A DNA stretch of 61,525 nt, from contig CAYRXT010000014.1 of assembly GCA_964428315.1 (NCBI GenBank), positions 1 to 61,525 on the forward strand, read 5' to 3'. The notes beneath the pieces were generated by a model. The model searched no databases. It saw only the letters and a list, made by a program, of their open reading frames with translations, and was not told the DNA's origin. Every line of letters begins with the position of its first letter. Position 1 is the stretch's first letter. Position numbers and translations under genes: made by a program. Positions 47,562-57,379 of this stretch are shown here, piece by piece. The stretch comes from an uncultured Planctomycetales bacterium (GTDB lineage: Bacteria > Omnitrophota > Gorgyraeia > Zapsychrales > CAYRXT01).

Positions 47562-48050
47562 TCAGCGTGGTTGAACTCCGTAAGATATCAGCGTATTGAT
47601 GACCACATCGGCCGCGGCCTTGACGTCTTCGGAAAGCCCTTCGCCCAGCCCGACATTCCCGACCTGGATGCCGATAAAGGCAACCCCGGTTTTCACGCTG
47701 GCCCGCACAATCCCGGTCACGACGCTCAAAGGGATTGCGTGGGTGCTCAGGGATGTCTCCGGGATCTCCCCTTCGGGAATCAACCTGGCCTCCCCGCACA
47801 GGCCACCGAAATCCGCCGCATCAACGACCATGATGTAGGAAGGATCAAGCGCGATGAGATCATCGATGATATTTTCCGGCCACTGGCCGGCGTCCATGAC
47901 CGAAAAACGCCCGCCGGATTTCAACCGCCTTGCGATGTAAGGCCCGACACCGTCGTCGCAACGAAAGGTGTTGCCCGCCGTCAACAGGACATTCATCCCC
48001 TGACGCAGTTCAAGGGCCCGTATGATGTCAGCGGTTAATAAATTTGACAT
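47562..48050 (-). CDS. Hydrogenase maturation protease (HycI-like)
   Basis: GNTFRCDDGVGP, PEN, VDAADFG, STHAIPL. Confidence 0.88.
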   Translation of the reverse strand: MSNLLTADIIRALELRQGMNVLLTAGNTFRCDDGVGPYIARRLKSGGRFSVMDAGQWPENIIDDLIALDPSYIMVVDAADFGGLCGEARLIPEGEIPETSLSTHAIPLSVVTGIVRASVKTGVAFIGIQVGNVGLGEGLSEDVKAAADVVINTLISYGVQPR

Positions 48051-49353
48051 TCAGAAAATGCGCGGAACAGGAGATGCACGGGTCATAGGCCCGGACAAGC
48101 ATCTCGAGGCGGTGGGTGATATGATCGTCTTCGAGGTCGAGGATTTCGGGCACCATTTTTTTCATGTCCTGTTCGATGTTATTGACGTTCTGATTGGTCG
48201 GAATGATGCAGTTGGCGTTGACGATCTTGCCCTTGTCGTCGACCTCGTAATTATGGAACAGGATGCCTCGGGGCACTTCCACCGCCCCTACGCCTTTGCC
48301 GGCCTTCACCGGTATCGTCGACTGCTCGTTCAATCCGACGGTAACCTCCTCGTCATAATTGATGCCCTTGGCTTGAAGCCCTTCGATGATGCGGACCGCA
48401 TCAAGCAGGCAGTGCACGCATTCGACCAGCTGCGCGGCCGTGTTCAGGTAGGGATTGGTCACCTTGGGTTTCAGCCCGATAGCCTGCGCCACGTCCCTGG
48501 CCTCGGGAAGGAGTTTTTCGTAATTGAGGTTGAAGCGCGCGAGGGCCCCGACCATGTAGGATTCACGGTTCCAGCGGGTGTGCTTGGCCGAGGAATGGGG
48601 GACGACAAATTCGTTGGTCACCCTGCGGCAATCTTGCTTTTTCATCCTTTTGCCGTCGGTCGAGCCCACGTCCCCTGCCAGCAGAGGATATTCATCCGGG
48701 TCGTTCACCAGCCCGACGAATTCCGTATCCCTCTCGAATTCGGGGAATTTCAGGGTCCTGGCCAGCTCCACCGTCGGGTCCATATCTTTCTTCAGCTGAA
48801 GAAGCAGATCATGCATGCGCTCCAGTTCCGGCGGCCTTGGCAGTTTGGTGAAACCTCCGACGATCGCCGAAATAGGATGGACGTGACGGCCGACAAGGAC
48901 ATCGCAGACATCGTTGCACAGCTTTTTCATCCGCAGGGCCCGGCGCACCACGTCGTTATGGGTGTTGATCAAAGGGACAAAGCTTTTGACACCCAAGAGA
49001 TCGGGGGCCACCAGAAGATAGATGTGCAGGAGATGGCTGTCCAGCTCTTCCATGTGGAGGAGCAGTTTGCGCAGGGCGACGGTCTGCTCACTGGGCGTGA
49101 AACCGATGGCGTCTTCGGCGGCCTGGATGGAGGCCAGCGTGTGGCCGCACGAACAGATGCCGCAGATACGGCAGGTGATATGCTGGGCCTCGAAGATGGA
49201 GCGCCCGCGGATCATGCCTTCGAAGAAACGCGGCGCCTCGACGATCTCGAGCCGGCATTCCTCCAGCCTGCCCTCTTTCACGTTGACCACGATATTGCCG
49301 TGGCCTTCCACGCGCGTGAGGTATTCGACGTTCACCGAAACGTTGCGTGCCAT
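48028..49353 (-). CDS. Group 3b [NiFe]-hydrogenase (sulfhydrogenase-type) large subunit
   Basis: TRVEGHG, EAPRFFE, RICGICSCGH, EVPRG, DPCISCSAH. Confidence 0.93.
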   Translation of the reverse strand: MARNVSVNVEYLTRVEGHGNIVVNVKEGRLEECRLEIVEAPRFFEGMIRGRSIFEAQHITCRICGICSCGHTLASIQAAEDAIGFTPSEQTVALRKLLLHMEELDSHLLHIYLLVAPDLLGVKSFVPLINTHNDVVRRALRMKKLCNDVCDVLVGRHVHPISAIVGGFTKLPRPPELERMHDLLLQLKKDMDPTVELARTLKFPEFERDTEFVGLVNDPDEYPLLAGDVGSTDGKRMKKQDCRRVTNEFVVPHSSAKHTRWNRESYMVGALARFNLNYEKLLPEARDVAQAIGLKPKVTNPYLNTAAQLVECVHCLLDAVRIIEGLQAKGINYDEEVTVGLNEQSTIPVKAGKGVGAVEVPRGILFHNYEVDDKGKIVNANCIIPTNQNVNNIEQDMKKMVPEILDLEDDHITHRLEMLVRAYDPCISCSAHFLNVKFINR

Positions 49354-50099
49354 CAGACCTTTTCCTCCAGTTCCCGCGCCTTGTTGTACATGTTCATCTT
49401 GTTCTCAACCCAGGCAAGCGGGATCTTGTATTTCTTCAGGATATCTTTGGCGCCGTTCTCCGCCGGATTGGATACCATGCCCCGGCAGCCGTAACAGATG
49501 TTGCCGTTATTGATGCACCAGGAATTACAGCCGGCGCGGGTCACCGGACCCAGGCAGGTCAGGCCGCGGTCGAACATGCAGACGTTTTCGTTAAGTTTGC
49601 ATTCGTTGCACACGGCGCAGTCGGGGACGCGGTAGGGGATCCCGCGCAGGGCGCACTTCAACACCTCGACGAATTCCGGGATATACACCGGACAGCCGTG
49701 CACAAAATAGTCCACCTTGACGACCTGGTGGACCGCGCGCGTGGGGATGGTCTCGAAATGCCTGGCCTCTTTCTGATAAACATATCGGCGGATATCATCC
49801 AGCATAAAGTTGTTTTTCATTCCGTTGACGCCCCCGATGGTGGCGCAGGAACCGTAGGCGATAACCACCTTGGCCGTCTCGCGGATCTTCTTGATACGCT
49901 CTACCGCATGAGGCGTGGTAATACTGCCTTCAACGATGGCGACATCGTATGCGTCGGACTTCTCGGACATGACCTCGCGGAATTCAACGACCTCTATCGC
50001 GTCCAGCACATCCAGCAGGGTCTCGCCCATATTGGCGACCTGCAGCTGACATCCTTCACAGCAGGCGAAATCAAAAAAGGCGACTCTTGTCTTTGCCAT
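49353..50099 (-). CDS. Group 3b hydrogenase small (delta) subunit
   Basis: FACCEGCQ, GSCATIGG, GCP, CLGPVTRAGC, CYGCRG; start at ATG 50099. Confidence 0.92.
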   Translation of the reverse strand: MAKTRVAFFDFACCEGCQLQVANMGETLLDVLDAIEVVEFREVMSEKSDAYDVAIVEGSITTPHAVERIKKIRETAKVVIAYGSCATIGGVNGMKNNFMLDDIRRYVYQKEARHFETIPTRAVHQVVKVDYFVHGCPVYIPEFVEVLKCALRGIPYRVPDCAVCNECKLNENVCMFDRGLTCLGPVTRAGCNSWCINNGNICYGCRGMVSNPAENGAKDILKKYKIPLAWVENKMNMYNKARELEEKV

Positions 50100-50101
50100 A
50101 A

Positions 50102-50938
50102 CTATAAGGCCTCTCGTTCGTGTCTGATCTGTTCGAAAGTAAAGACCGGACCGTCCTGACAGCAGTAGGATTCCCCTATCTGACAGTGGCCGCATTTGCC
50201 TACACCGCATTTCATATGCCGTTCCAGAGAAAGGATGATCTGGCCGGGCGGGATATTCTTCTTGAGCAGTTCCTGAATGACAAATTTGTACATGACCGGC
50301 GGGCCGACGACCGCCGCAAACGTGTTGTCCGGATCACATTGTATGCCGGGGATCAGCGTCGTTATAAGCCCGACATGGCCTTTCCACTTCTCATCACTTT
50401 CGTCAACGGTCTGCTTAAGGCTAACGTCCGGCCTTTTTCCCCAGTCCTCCACCTCTTCCACAAAAAGGCGCATCTGGGGGTTCTTGCACCCCAGAACGAT
50501 ATGGACCTCACCGAAATCTCTGCGGTGATCCAAAACGTAATTGATCAGCGAATGGAGCGGGATATTGCCGCAGCCTCCTCCCACGAAGATGATGTCCTTC
50601 CCCTTGAGATCGGCGACAGGAAAGCCGTTCCCGTAAGGACCGCGGATACCGACGACATCCCCGGAATCCATACGGTGCAAGGCCCCGGTCACCGCGCCCG
50701 CCCTGCGGACCACGAGTTCAAAGGAACCGGTCCGGGTGGGCGAAGAGGCAATAGAGATGGGGGCCTCCCCCACACCGTGGACCATGACCATCACGAATTG
50801 GCCCGGCAGATACTGCAGAGGGTCGTTATCCGGCAGCGCGATTTCGAAATACTTCTCGAATTCCGTCATCTGTTTCGTCCGCAGGATGGTGCCGGCCAGA
50901 GTTTTATAGGGTGATTCAACAAGGGCGGATTTGATCAT
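50102..50938 (-). CDS. Group 3b hydrogenase gamma subunit (FAD/NAD(P)-binding)
   Basis: PGQFVM, GEAPISI, RGPYGNGF, ERHMKCGVGKCGHC, CQDGPVF. Confidence 0.92.
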   Translation of the reverse strand: MIKSALVESPYKTLAGTILRTKQMTEFEKYFEIALPDNDPLQYLPGQFVMVMVHGVGEAPISIASSPTRTGSFELVVRRAGAVTGALHRMDSGDVVGIRGPYGNGFPVADLKGKDIIFVGGGCGNIPLHSLINYVLDHRRDFGEVHIVLGCKNPQMRLFVEEVEDWGKRPDVSLKQTVDESDEKWKGHVGLITTLIPGIQCDPDNTFAAVVGPPVMYKFVIQELLKKNIPPGQIILSLERHMKCGVGKCGHCQIGESYCCQDGPVFTFEQIRHEREAL

Positions 50939-51969
50939 CGCGCATCCTCAACTAAGGCGTTGATGGTTTCTTTGAGGTTGATCTCGGCCATGCAGGTCCG
51001 GGAGCAGCGCCCGCATCCCGTACAGGCAAACATCTCGTGCTGATGGACCGGATAAAGGAATTTTCGCATATAACGGTGTTTCTGCCGATGGGCCCGGGTC
51101 TCCCGGAAATTTTCCCCTCCGGCGACCTTGGCGAATTCCTCGTTCTGACAGGAATCCCACACACGATACCGCTCTCCGGTATTCAAGTCGAGATTCATCT
51201 TGTCCCGGATATCGAAACAATAACACGTCGGACATACGGCTGTGCAATTCCCGCAGGCGACACACCGGCTTCCCACGTCTTCCCAGACCTGGCTTTCAAA
51301 AGATTGGGCAAAAAGGCTGATCAGCCCTTCCTTGTCGACATTGACCTCCCGCTTAAATATTGTTTCCTTCCGGGCCCGCAGATCTTCCAGGGCCTTATGA
51401 TGGGCGGGCGTCGCATCGATGAAGACGCCGCTCTCCTCAACTATCTTTTCGCCCTGCGCCGAATTCACATGAATCATAAAAAAATCGTCCAATTCGGTGA
51501 AGAAAAGGTCGTACCCGCCGTTAGGGAGATGGTTGTTCATGACACGGCAGCTTGCGTATTCATCACAATACTCATTGCACTCTATGCCGATGAGGGTGAG
51601 ACGGGCCTTGCGGGCCAGGTAATTGGCATCCTGTGGATTGGAGGACATCACCTTGTTAAGATAGGCCACGCCCGCCAGATCGCAGGTATGCATCCCGAAA
51701 ATAACGACCTCTTCGGATTCCACAACGGGTGTCCATTCTTTGCCGGCCTTGTTGTAACGAAGGATGGTTTCCTGCTGGGGCATGAAATATTTTTTGGGAG
51801 GCAGAATGGTCGGAATGTATTTTAGAGAGACAGCCTCTACGCCGGCAATCTCCTCGAACGCGAAATTGTCATGGCCCTTCGCGACCGGGGCGACAACTTT
51901 TTTGGTTTCGGCAAGTTTTTTTATTAAATCGCCGAAGCGACTTGCGGGTAAGACGACGAATCTGTCCAC
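50935..51969 (-). CDS. Group 3b hydrogenase beta subunit (4Fe-4S)
   Basis: CVACGNCTAVCPTCYCF, WDSC, CTGCGRCSRTC. Confidence 0.92.
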   Translation of the reverse strand: MDRFVVLPASRFGDLIKKLAETKKVVAPVAKGHDNFAFEEIAGVEAVSLKYIPTILPPKKYFMPQQETILRYNKAGKEWTPVVESEEVVIFGMHTCDLAGVAYLNKVMSSNPQDANYLARKARLTLIGIECNEYCDEYASCRVMNNHLPNGGYDLFFTELDDFFMIHVNSAQGEKIVEESGVFIDATPAHHKALEDLRARKETIFKREVNVDKEGLISLFAQSFESQVWEDVGSRCVACGNCTAVCPTCYCFDIRDKMNLDLNTGERYRVWDSCQNEEFAKVAGGENFRETRAHRQKHRYMRKFLYPVHQHEMFACTGCGRCSRTCMAEINLKETINALVEDAR

Positions 51970-52076
51970 GATGCCTGCTTCTGGTAATTGTTCCCGGTAG
52001 GATTAACCCAACTCTAATAATGAAAAAGGTTAGTAAAATTGTAACGTGAAAAAACCAGAAAATATATCCGATGTAC

Positions 52077-52094
52077 TACCTAAGAAAATACGTA
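52077..52094. promoter_or_regulatory. Candidate activator site TACCTA-N6-TACGTA upstream of the group 3b operon
   Basis: Counterpart of 43465-43482; TACAAT -10 at 52038-52043 on the minus strand. Confidence 0.45.
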
Positions 52095-52113
52095 GATTCA
52101 CTGAGAAACATGC

Positions 52114-53511
52114 CTACTGGGGCAGTCCGAAAGCCCTGCTGATAATAAACTCAAATCCCAGCAAAACAATGATTAGCGAGACGAGAGAAATAAGCGCGCC
52201 GGCAATCAGCATGTCTCTGCCCCTGATCATATTGGTGGCGAAGGCAATGGCGTTGGGCGGCGTCGAGATGGGCAGGGCCATGGCAAAAGAACAGGAAAGC
52301 GCAACAGTAGTGGCGAGCATGATGTGACTCTCGCCGGAAATACTCATCACGATGGGGATAATCAAATTGGCGGTCGCCGTGTTGCTCATGAAAGTGGACA
52401 GGACCAAAGCGAGGACGCAAAAGACCGCGATCAAAAGGAAGCCGTGCTGATCGAAAAGGGGCAGGCCTACGATCCAGCTGGTTAAGCCGGAGATCTCCAT
52501 ACCCTTGCCTAAAGACAGACCGCCCCACATCAGCACCAAAACATCCCAGTCGATGGATTTGAAGTCATCCCTGTTCAAAAGACCCGTCGCGGCGAACAAT
52601 CCTGCCGCCAGCAGGGCGGTCAGGGCTGAAGGGATCTTATGGATTTCCGAACTCAGCCATAAGATAACGGTCAGCGCGCCTATGAGCATGCATAAAAGCG
52701 TCTTGCGGTCGAATTGCCGCGATGTCACGATTTCAAGCGCGAGCTTCCTTTTCCTCGGTGGAAACATCAAATACATAATCGCGCTCGCCACAAAAATCAA
52801 AGAAACGGCCAAAGGAAAAGCCATCTTCATCCAGGAGAGGAATTTCAGATGAATGCCATAGTCGGCCAGGATCCCTATGGCGATAGCATTGGGCGGGGTC
52901 CCCACAGGAGTGCCGATCCCCCCGATATTGGCCGCGAAGGGGATGGACAAGATCAGACCGGTACGAAACGGCGAATCCGGATCCAGTTGCTTCAACAAAG
53001 GAACGAGCATGGCGATCATCAGGGCCGTTGTCGCGGTGTTCGACATCCACATAGAGAGGAATCCCGTCGTAAACATGAAACCCAGCATCACAAAGTACGG
53101 CCGTTGGCCGAACAAATGGAGAAGCCGTTTGGCCAGGATCCGGTCCACATGATACTTGTGGAGAGCCGTGGCAAGGACAAAACCTCCGAAAAACAACATA
53201 ATAATAGGACTGCCGAAGGGAACCATAAAAATCTTATAGCCCCCTTCATCCATGCCCAAAACGCCGCCGGGCCTGGTCAAGAGAAAGGTTTCCCAAAGCA
53301 CGACAAGCAGCGAGGTCGCATAAAGCGGAATAATCTCAAAGGCCCAAAATAGCGCCGAAAAGACGAAGACAAAGAGCATGCGCCGGGCGGCTTCCGACAA
53401 ACCTGCGGGCGCGAAGAGATAAACCGCAAAGGCGACGGCCGTTGCACCCAGGGCCTTCCGAACATTCTTTTTTTCCCATAAACTTTTGAATATGTCGAGA
53501 GGGTGAAACAT
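52114..53511 (-). CDS. DASS/SLC13-family anion (di/tricarboxylate, phosphate or sulfate) transporter
   Basis: SMWMSNTAT, GTPVGTPPNAIA, MSNTAT, PISTPPNAIA. Confidence 0.92.
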   Translation of the reverse strand: MFHPLDIFKSLWEKKNVRKALGATAVAFAVYLFAPAGLSEAARRMLFVFVFSALFWAFEIIPLYATSLLVVLWETFLLTRPGGVLGMDEGGYKIFMVPFGSPIIMLFFGGFVLATALHKYHVDRILAKRLLHLFGQRPYFVMLGFMFTTGFLSMWMSNTATTALMIAMLVPLLKQLDPDSPFRTGLILSIPFAANIGGIGTPVGTPPNAIAIGILADYGIHLKFLSWMKMAFPLAVSLIFVASAIMYLMFPPRKRKLALEIVTSRQFDRKTLLCMLIGALTVILWLSSEIHKIPSALTALLAAGLFAATGLLNRDDFKSIDWDVLVLMWGGLSLGKGMEISGLTSWIVGLPLFDQHGFLLIAVFCVLALVLSTFMSNTATANLIIPIVMSISGESHIMLATTVALSCSFAMALPISTPPNAIAFATNMIRGRDMLIAGALISLVSLIIVLLGFEFIISRAFGLPQ

Positions 53512-53537
53512 CTTGGTGATCCTTATCTATCCATGCC

Positions 53538-53588
53538 AAAGAAAAATCCCCTGCCGACTCCGTCAGAAGACACGGGACGGGCAGGGAT
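53538..53588 (-). terminator. Probable intrinsic terminator after pckA
   Basis: Minus strand atccctgcc...ggcaggggat followed by a T-rich tract. Confidence 0.5.
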
Positions 53589-53612
53589 CCTTTGAACGGC
53601 TATCGGTATAAC

Positions 53613-55244
53613 TTAAATCTGGGGTCCAGACTTAACCAGGGCTTTGCCGTTGGGGGTATCGGTAAACTTTTCAAAATTCTTGACGAACATCCCGGCAAGT
53701 TTTCTCGCTGTCTGATCAAAATCCTCCTTGTCCGCCCAGGTGTTCCTGGGGTTCAACACCTCCGGGGGGACATTCTTCAGGGCCTTGGGTATCTGCAGAT
53801 GGAAAACGGGCATCCTTTCAAACGGGGCCTTTTCCAGACTGCCCTCGAGGATGGCGTCAATAATGGACCGGGTATCTTCCAGGTTCATCCTGTGGCCTAC
53901 ACCGTACTTCCCGGCAATCCATCCGGTATTGACCAGATAAACATGCGAGCCGTGTTTTTCGATCTTTTTTCCAAGGATATCGGCGTAAACCGTTGGATGC
54001 AACGCCAAAAAGGCCTGGCCGAAGCACGCGGAAAAGGTCGCCTTGGGTTCGGTCACGCCGATCTCCGTCCCGGCCAGTTTGGCCGTATAACCGCTCAAGA
54101 AATGATACATGGCCTGCCCCTTGTCCAGTTTGGCCACCGGAGGCAGGACGCCATAGGCGTCGCAGGTCAGGAAGATGATCTTCGAGGGGTGGCCGCCCTT
54201 GGAGACAGGTTTCACGATATTCTCGATATGATAGATCGGATAAGACACCCGGGTATTTTCGGTCTTCAGCTTGGATGAAAAATCGATGCGGCCTTTTTCG
54301 TCGACAACGACATTCTCCAGGAGTGCATCGCGTTTAATCGCATGGAAGATCCCCGGCTCCTTTTCTTCGGAAAGGTTAATGACCTTGGCGTAACATCCTC
54401 CTTCGAAATTGAAGACGCCGTCATTGTCCCATCCATGTTCGTCGTCGCCGATCAGGGCCCGATGAGGATCGGTCGACAAAGTCGTCTTGCCCGTGCCGGA
54501 CAGTCCGAAAAACAACGCTGTGTCGCCGTCCCTGCCCATATTCGCCGAGCAATGAAAGGACCCGATCCCCTGCATGGGGAGGAAATAGTTCATAATGGTA
54601 AAAATACCCTTTTTGATCTCGCCGCCGTACCAGGAGCCTCCGATCGCGGTCATCCGTTCTTTAATATTAAAGGCGGCAAAGACCTCCGAACGCATAGTGT
54701 GTTGTTCAAAATCCGGGCAGGTGGTCTTGCAGGCGTTCAGGATTGTCCAGTCCGGCTCGAAGTCTTTCAGTTCCTCTTTACCGGGACGGATGAACATATT
54801 CTTGAAAAAATGGGCCATCCAGGCGACCTCGGTTACCAGACGGACGGAAAGGCGGGTATCCTTGTTGGCGCCGCAGTAACCGTCAACGATATAAAGCCTT
54901 TTGCCGCTCAGTTGTTTCGCGGCTATGTCCCTGAGATGAGCCCAGGCCTCTTCACTCAAGGGCTTGTTGTCCGACGGTCCCGCCTCTTTGCCCGGCAGTC
55001 CCCACCATATTTTGTCCCGGGAGGTTTCTTCTTGGACAAAATATTTATCTTTGGCCGAACGGCCCGTGAAACGGCCTGTATCGACCGCGACAGCCCCCGT
55101 ACTTGTCACCACACCTTTGTCAAAGCCCTCCAGAGACGAATCAGTCTCGTGCTTGAAAAGCTCGTCATAGGAAAGATTGTAATATATCTCCTCGGCATCA
55201 CTGATACCATATGAAGATAAAGCCTTCTTTAAATCACCCATCAC
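53613..55244 (-). CDS. pckA: Phosphoenolpyruvate carboxykinase (ATP)
   Basis: [50 protein letters not shown]. Confidence 0.97.
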   Translation of the reverse strand: MMGDLKKALSSYGISDAEEIYYNLSYDELFKHETDSSLEGFDKGVVTSTGAVAVDTGRFTGRSAKDKYFVQEETSRDKIWWGLPGKEAGPSDNKPLSEEAWAHLRDIAAKQLSGKRLYIVDGYCGANKDTRLSVRLVTEVAWMAHFFKNMFIRPGKEELKDFEPDWTILNACKTTCPDFEQHTMRSEVFAAFNIKERMTAIGGSWYGGEIKKGIFTIMNYFLPMQGIGSFHCSANMGRDGDTALFFGLSGTGKTTLSTDPHRALIGDDEHGWDNDGVFNFEGGCYAKVINLSEEKEPGIFHAIKRDALLENVVVDEKGRIDFSSKLKTENTRVSYPIYHIENIVKPVSKGGHPSKIIFLTCDAYGVLPPVAKLDKGQAMYHFLSGYTAKLAGTEIGVTEPKATFSACFGQAFLALHPTVYADILGKKIEKHGSHVYLVNTGWIAGKYGVGHRMNLEDTRSIIDAILEGSLEKAPFERMPVFHLQIPKALKNVPPEVLNPRNTWADKEDFDQTARKLAGMFVKNFEKFTDTPNGKALVKSGPQI

Positions 55245-55418
55245 AGCCTCCCAGGCATAAGAGTCCTGTCGCGGGACAAATTTCCCGTGAACAAGCCCTG
55301 AGTTCTACAAAACATCTGTTAGATTATACATATTTGCGACGTGATTTCTAGTACTTTGTGAGATTTGTTGGGCTAAAAGAATGTGAGAAGCGCCCTTCCA
55401 GCGACCGGAGAAAGGCAG

Positions 55419-55646
55419 TTACTGCCCCGAGGGTTCGCCGTTGTGAGGTTTCAGCGCGACATATAACTCGTCTTCCTTGGTTTCAAGGTCCAGATATCCT
55501 TCCCGGACAAGCCATCCGACACTCATGAGCACCAGGGGGCCAGGCTGTTCCATCTTTTCGACAAGACTATCCACTTTCAGACAACAGTTACAGTTCTCCA
55601 GGAATGTGAGTATGTCACCGGCGATCACGCCTAATTTAATAATCAT
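55419..55646 (-). CDS. Small winged-helix protein (DUF2582-like)
   Basis: LGVIAGDI...MSVGWLVREG. Confidence 0.7.
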   Translation of the reverse strand: MIIKLGVIAGDILTFLENCNCCLKVDSLVEKMEQPGPLVLMSVGWLVREGYLDLETKEDELYVALKPHNGEPSGQ

Positions 55647-55649
55647 CCG

Positions 55650-56156
55650 TCAGCCTCCTTTCTCCTGCGCGCCCTCGCGCAGAATACGTGCGGCGAGTTT
55701 AAGGATATCAATCTGAGTCACAATGCCGCATAAAACACCCGCGCCATCGACGATCGGGATGCACCCGTATTTTCTTTCCGCCATAAGCACGACCGCCTCC
55801 GCGACAGGCGTTTCCGGCCCGAGAGTAGCCGGGTCCTTAATCATCACATGCTTGAGGATATAACCGTCCAGGGTCTCCTTGTCATAGACCCAGCTGCCGT
55901 CTATCATCCTCCGCGGGGACTGGAGTTTGAAAAGCTCTCTTTGCGTCATCAACCCGACAAGTTTCCGGCCCTCATCCGCAACGGGCAGGTGACGGATGCC
56001 CAGTGTCCGGAATTTCTCTTCAACACGGCTCAAGGCATCCTTCTCGTTCACACAGTGAATGTGAGACGTCATAACCTCCTTAAGCCGGACCTTGTTCAGG
56101 AGGACCCGGATATAATAATTTTCTGAATACTTCAGCGGCCTGTCTTCGTTCGGCAT
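55650..56156 (-). CDS. CBS-pair protein
   Basis: IRHLPV, GCIPIVD...GIVTQIDIL. Confidence 0.88.
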   Translation of the reverse strand: MPNEDRPLKYSENYYIRVLLNKVRLKEVMTSHIHCVNEKDALSRVEEKFRTLGIRHLPVADEGRKLVGLMTQRELFKLQSPRRMIDGSWVYDKETLDGYILKHVMIKDPATLGPETPVAEAVVLMAERKYGCIPIVDGAGVLCGIVTQIDILKLAARILREGAQEKGG

Positions 56157-56164
56157 AGGGCAGA

Positions 56165-56554
56165 TTATTTTTGACGGGCGACGGCTGTGCGATTGAATAT
56201 CCGCTTTATGGCTGGCACAAGCTTTTCATAAAGTTCGCTTTTTCCGATATAGTAAATGACGTCATCGCTTTTAAACACTTTCTTGAACGCCTTGGTCTCG
56301 AACATGGTGAGAACGATAATATCGCATTTGGGGAGATATTGTTTGATCCGCGTGGCGGCATCAATCCCATTAAGACCGGGTAGACGGATATCCATCAGGA
56401 TAATGTCCGGCTTTTCCCGAAGGGCTTTGACGACACCCAGTTCACCTGAAGGAGCCTCAAAAATATCGGATTCGAAATCCTGTTTCAAAAGATAGTCCCG
56501 GACGACCTGGCGGAATGCGTCATGGTCTTCAATTATAAGAATTTTTTTCCGCAT
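56165..56554 (-). CDS. Receiver-only response regulator (NarL-like receiver)
   Basis: ILIIEDH, ILMDIRLPGLNGI, VLT, IGK; start at ATG 56554. Confidence 0.88.
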   Translation of the reverse strand: MRKKILIIEDHDAFRQVVRDYLLKQDFESDIFEAPSGELGVVKALREKPDIILMDIRLPGLNGIDAATRIKQYLPKCDIIVLTMFETKAFKKVFKSDDVIYYIGKSELYEKLVPAIKRIFNRTAVARQK

Positions 56555-56581
56555 TGGGTTTAAATTTCTCCCTGTAATGGC

Positions 56582-56609
56582 AAAAATCGTTACAATAGTA
56601 ACGATTTTT
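56582..56609. promoter_or_regulatory. Perfect 12-4-12 inverted repeat, candidate operator
   Basis: aaaaatcgttac-aata-gtaacgattttt shortly upstream of the receiver/CBS/wHTH genes. Confidence 0.5.
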
Positions 56610-56733
56610 ATAATAATTCCCGTTAAAAGTATACGCCCAAAATTATTTTGACGATATGAGAACAATCACGGAACAAGCTAAGTAAAAGTACGTAATTATC
56701 TTTAAAAGCCACGCGGCATGAAGGGCCCCGCGA

Positions 56734-57378
56734 TTAGATCAACCCTTTATGAATAGCGTATTTGACCAGATTGGCGGTATTCTTTATCCCCAGCTTGTTT
56801 GTGAGGTTGGCCCGATGGGTCTCAACGGTTCGGATGCTGATATTCAGCCTGACCGCGATGTTTTTGTTCGCCAAACCACCCGCAACCATTTTCAGGACAT
56901 CCCGTTCCCGTTTGGTAAGGAGATCAAGAGACGGCCATTCGGACTCTTTGATGGACCGCACAAAACGGTCGGCGACAATGGAAGAGATTTTGGGGGAAAC
57001 ATAATGCTTGCCTTTCAAAACAAGCTTGATGGCAAGGGCAAGCTGTTCATAGGCATCCTCTTTGAGGACATAACCGGCGGCCCCGAACTGTATGGCATGT
57101 TTCAGATGCTCCTGATCTTTCTGCATCGTAAGCACAAGCACTTTGAGCTTCGGATGACGCTTTCTTATCCTTTTTAAAGCCTCGATACCGTCCATATCCG
57201 GCATGGAAATGTCCAGCACTATTAAATGGGCTTTGACCGAACCGAGAAGCTTCAATAATTCTTCTCCGCTGGCCGCCTCGGCGACAACCTTAAGCACAGG
57301 GTCTTTGTCGATCAAATTTCTCAGGCCCACCCTGAAGATTTCATGGTCGTCCACCAGGATTATGCGCCTTACCGCCAA
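56734..57378 (-). CDS. NarL/LuxR-family DNA-binding response regulator
   Basis: LVDDH, LDISMP, LTKRERDVL...SIRTVETHRANL; TTG start. Confidence 0.93.
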   Translation of the reverse strand: MAVRRIILVDDHEIFRVGLRNLIDKDPVLKVVAEAASGEELLKLLGSVKAHLIVLDISMPDMDGIEALKRIRKRHPKLKVLVLTMQKDQEHLKHAIQFGAAGYVLKEDAYEQLALAIKLVLKGKHYVSPKISSIVADRFVRSIKESEWPSLDLLTKRERDVLKMVAGGLANKNIAVRLNISIRTVETHRANLTNKLGIKNTANLVKYAIHKGLI

Positions 57379-57379
57379 A

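Noticed and set aside
33869-49353. Selenocysteine-containing (NiFeSe) hydrogenase
   Set aside because: Both large subunits have Cys in the C-terminal DPCxxC motif and no in-frame TGA.
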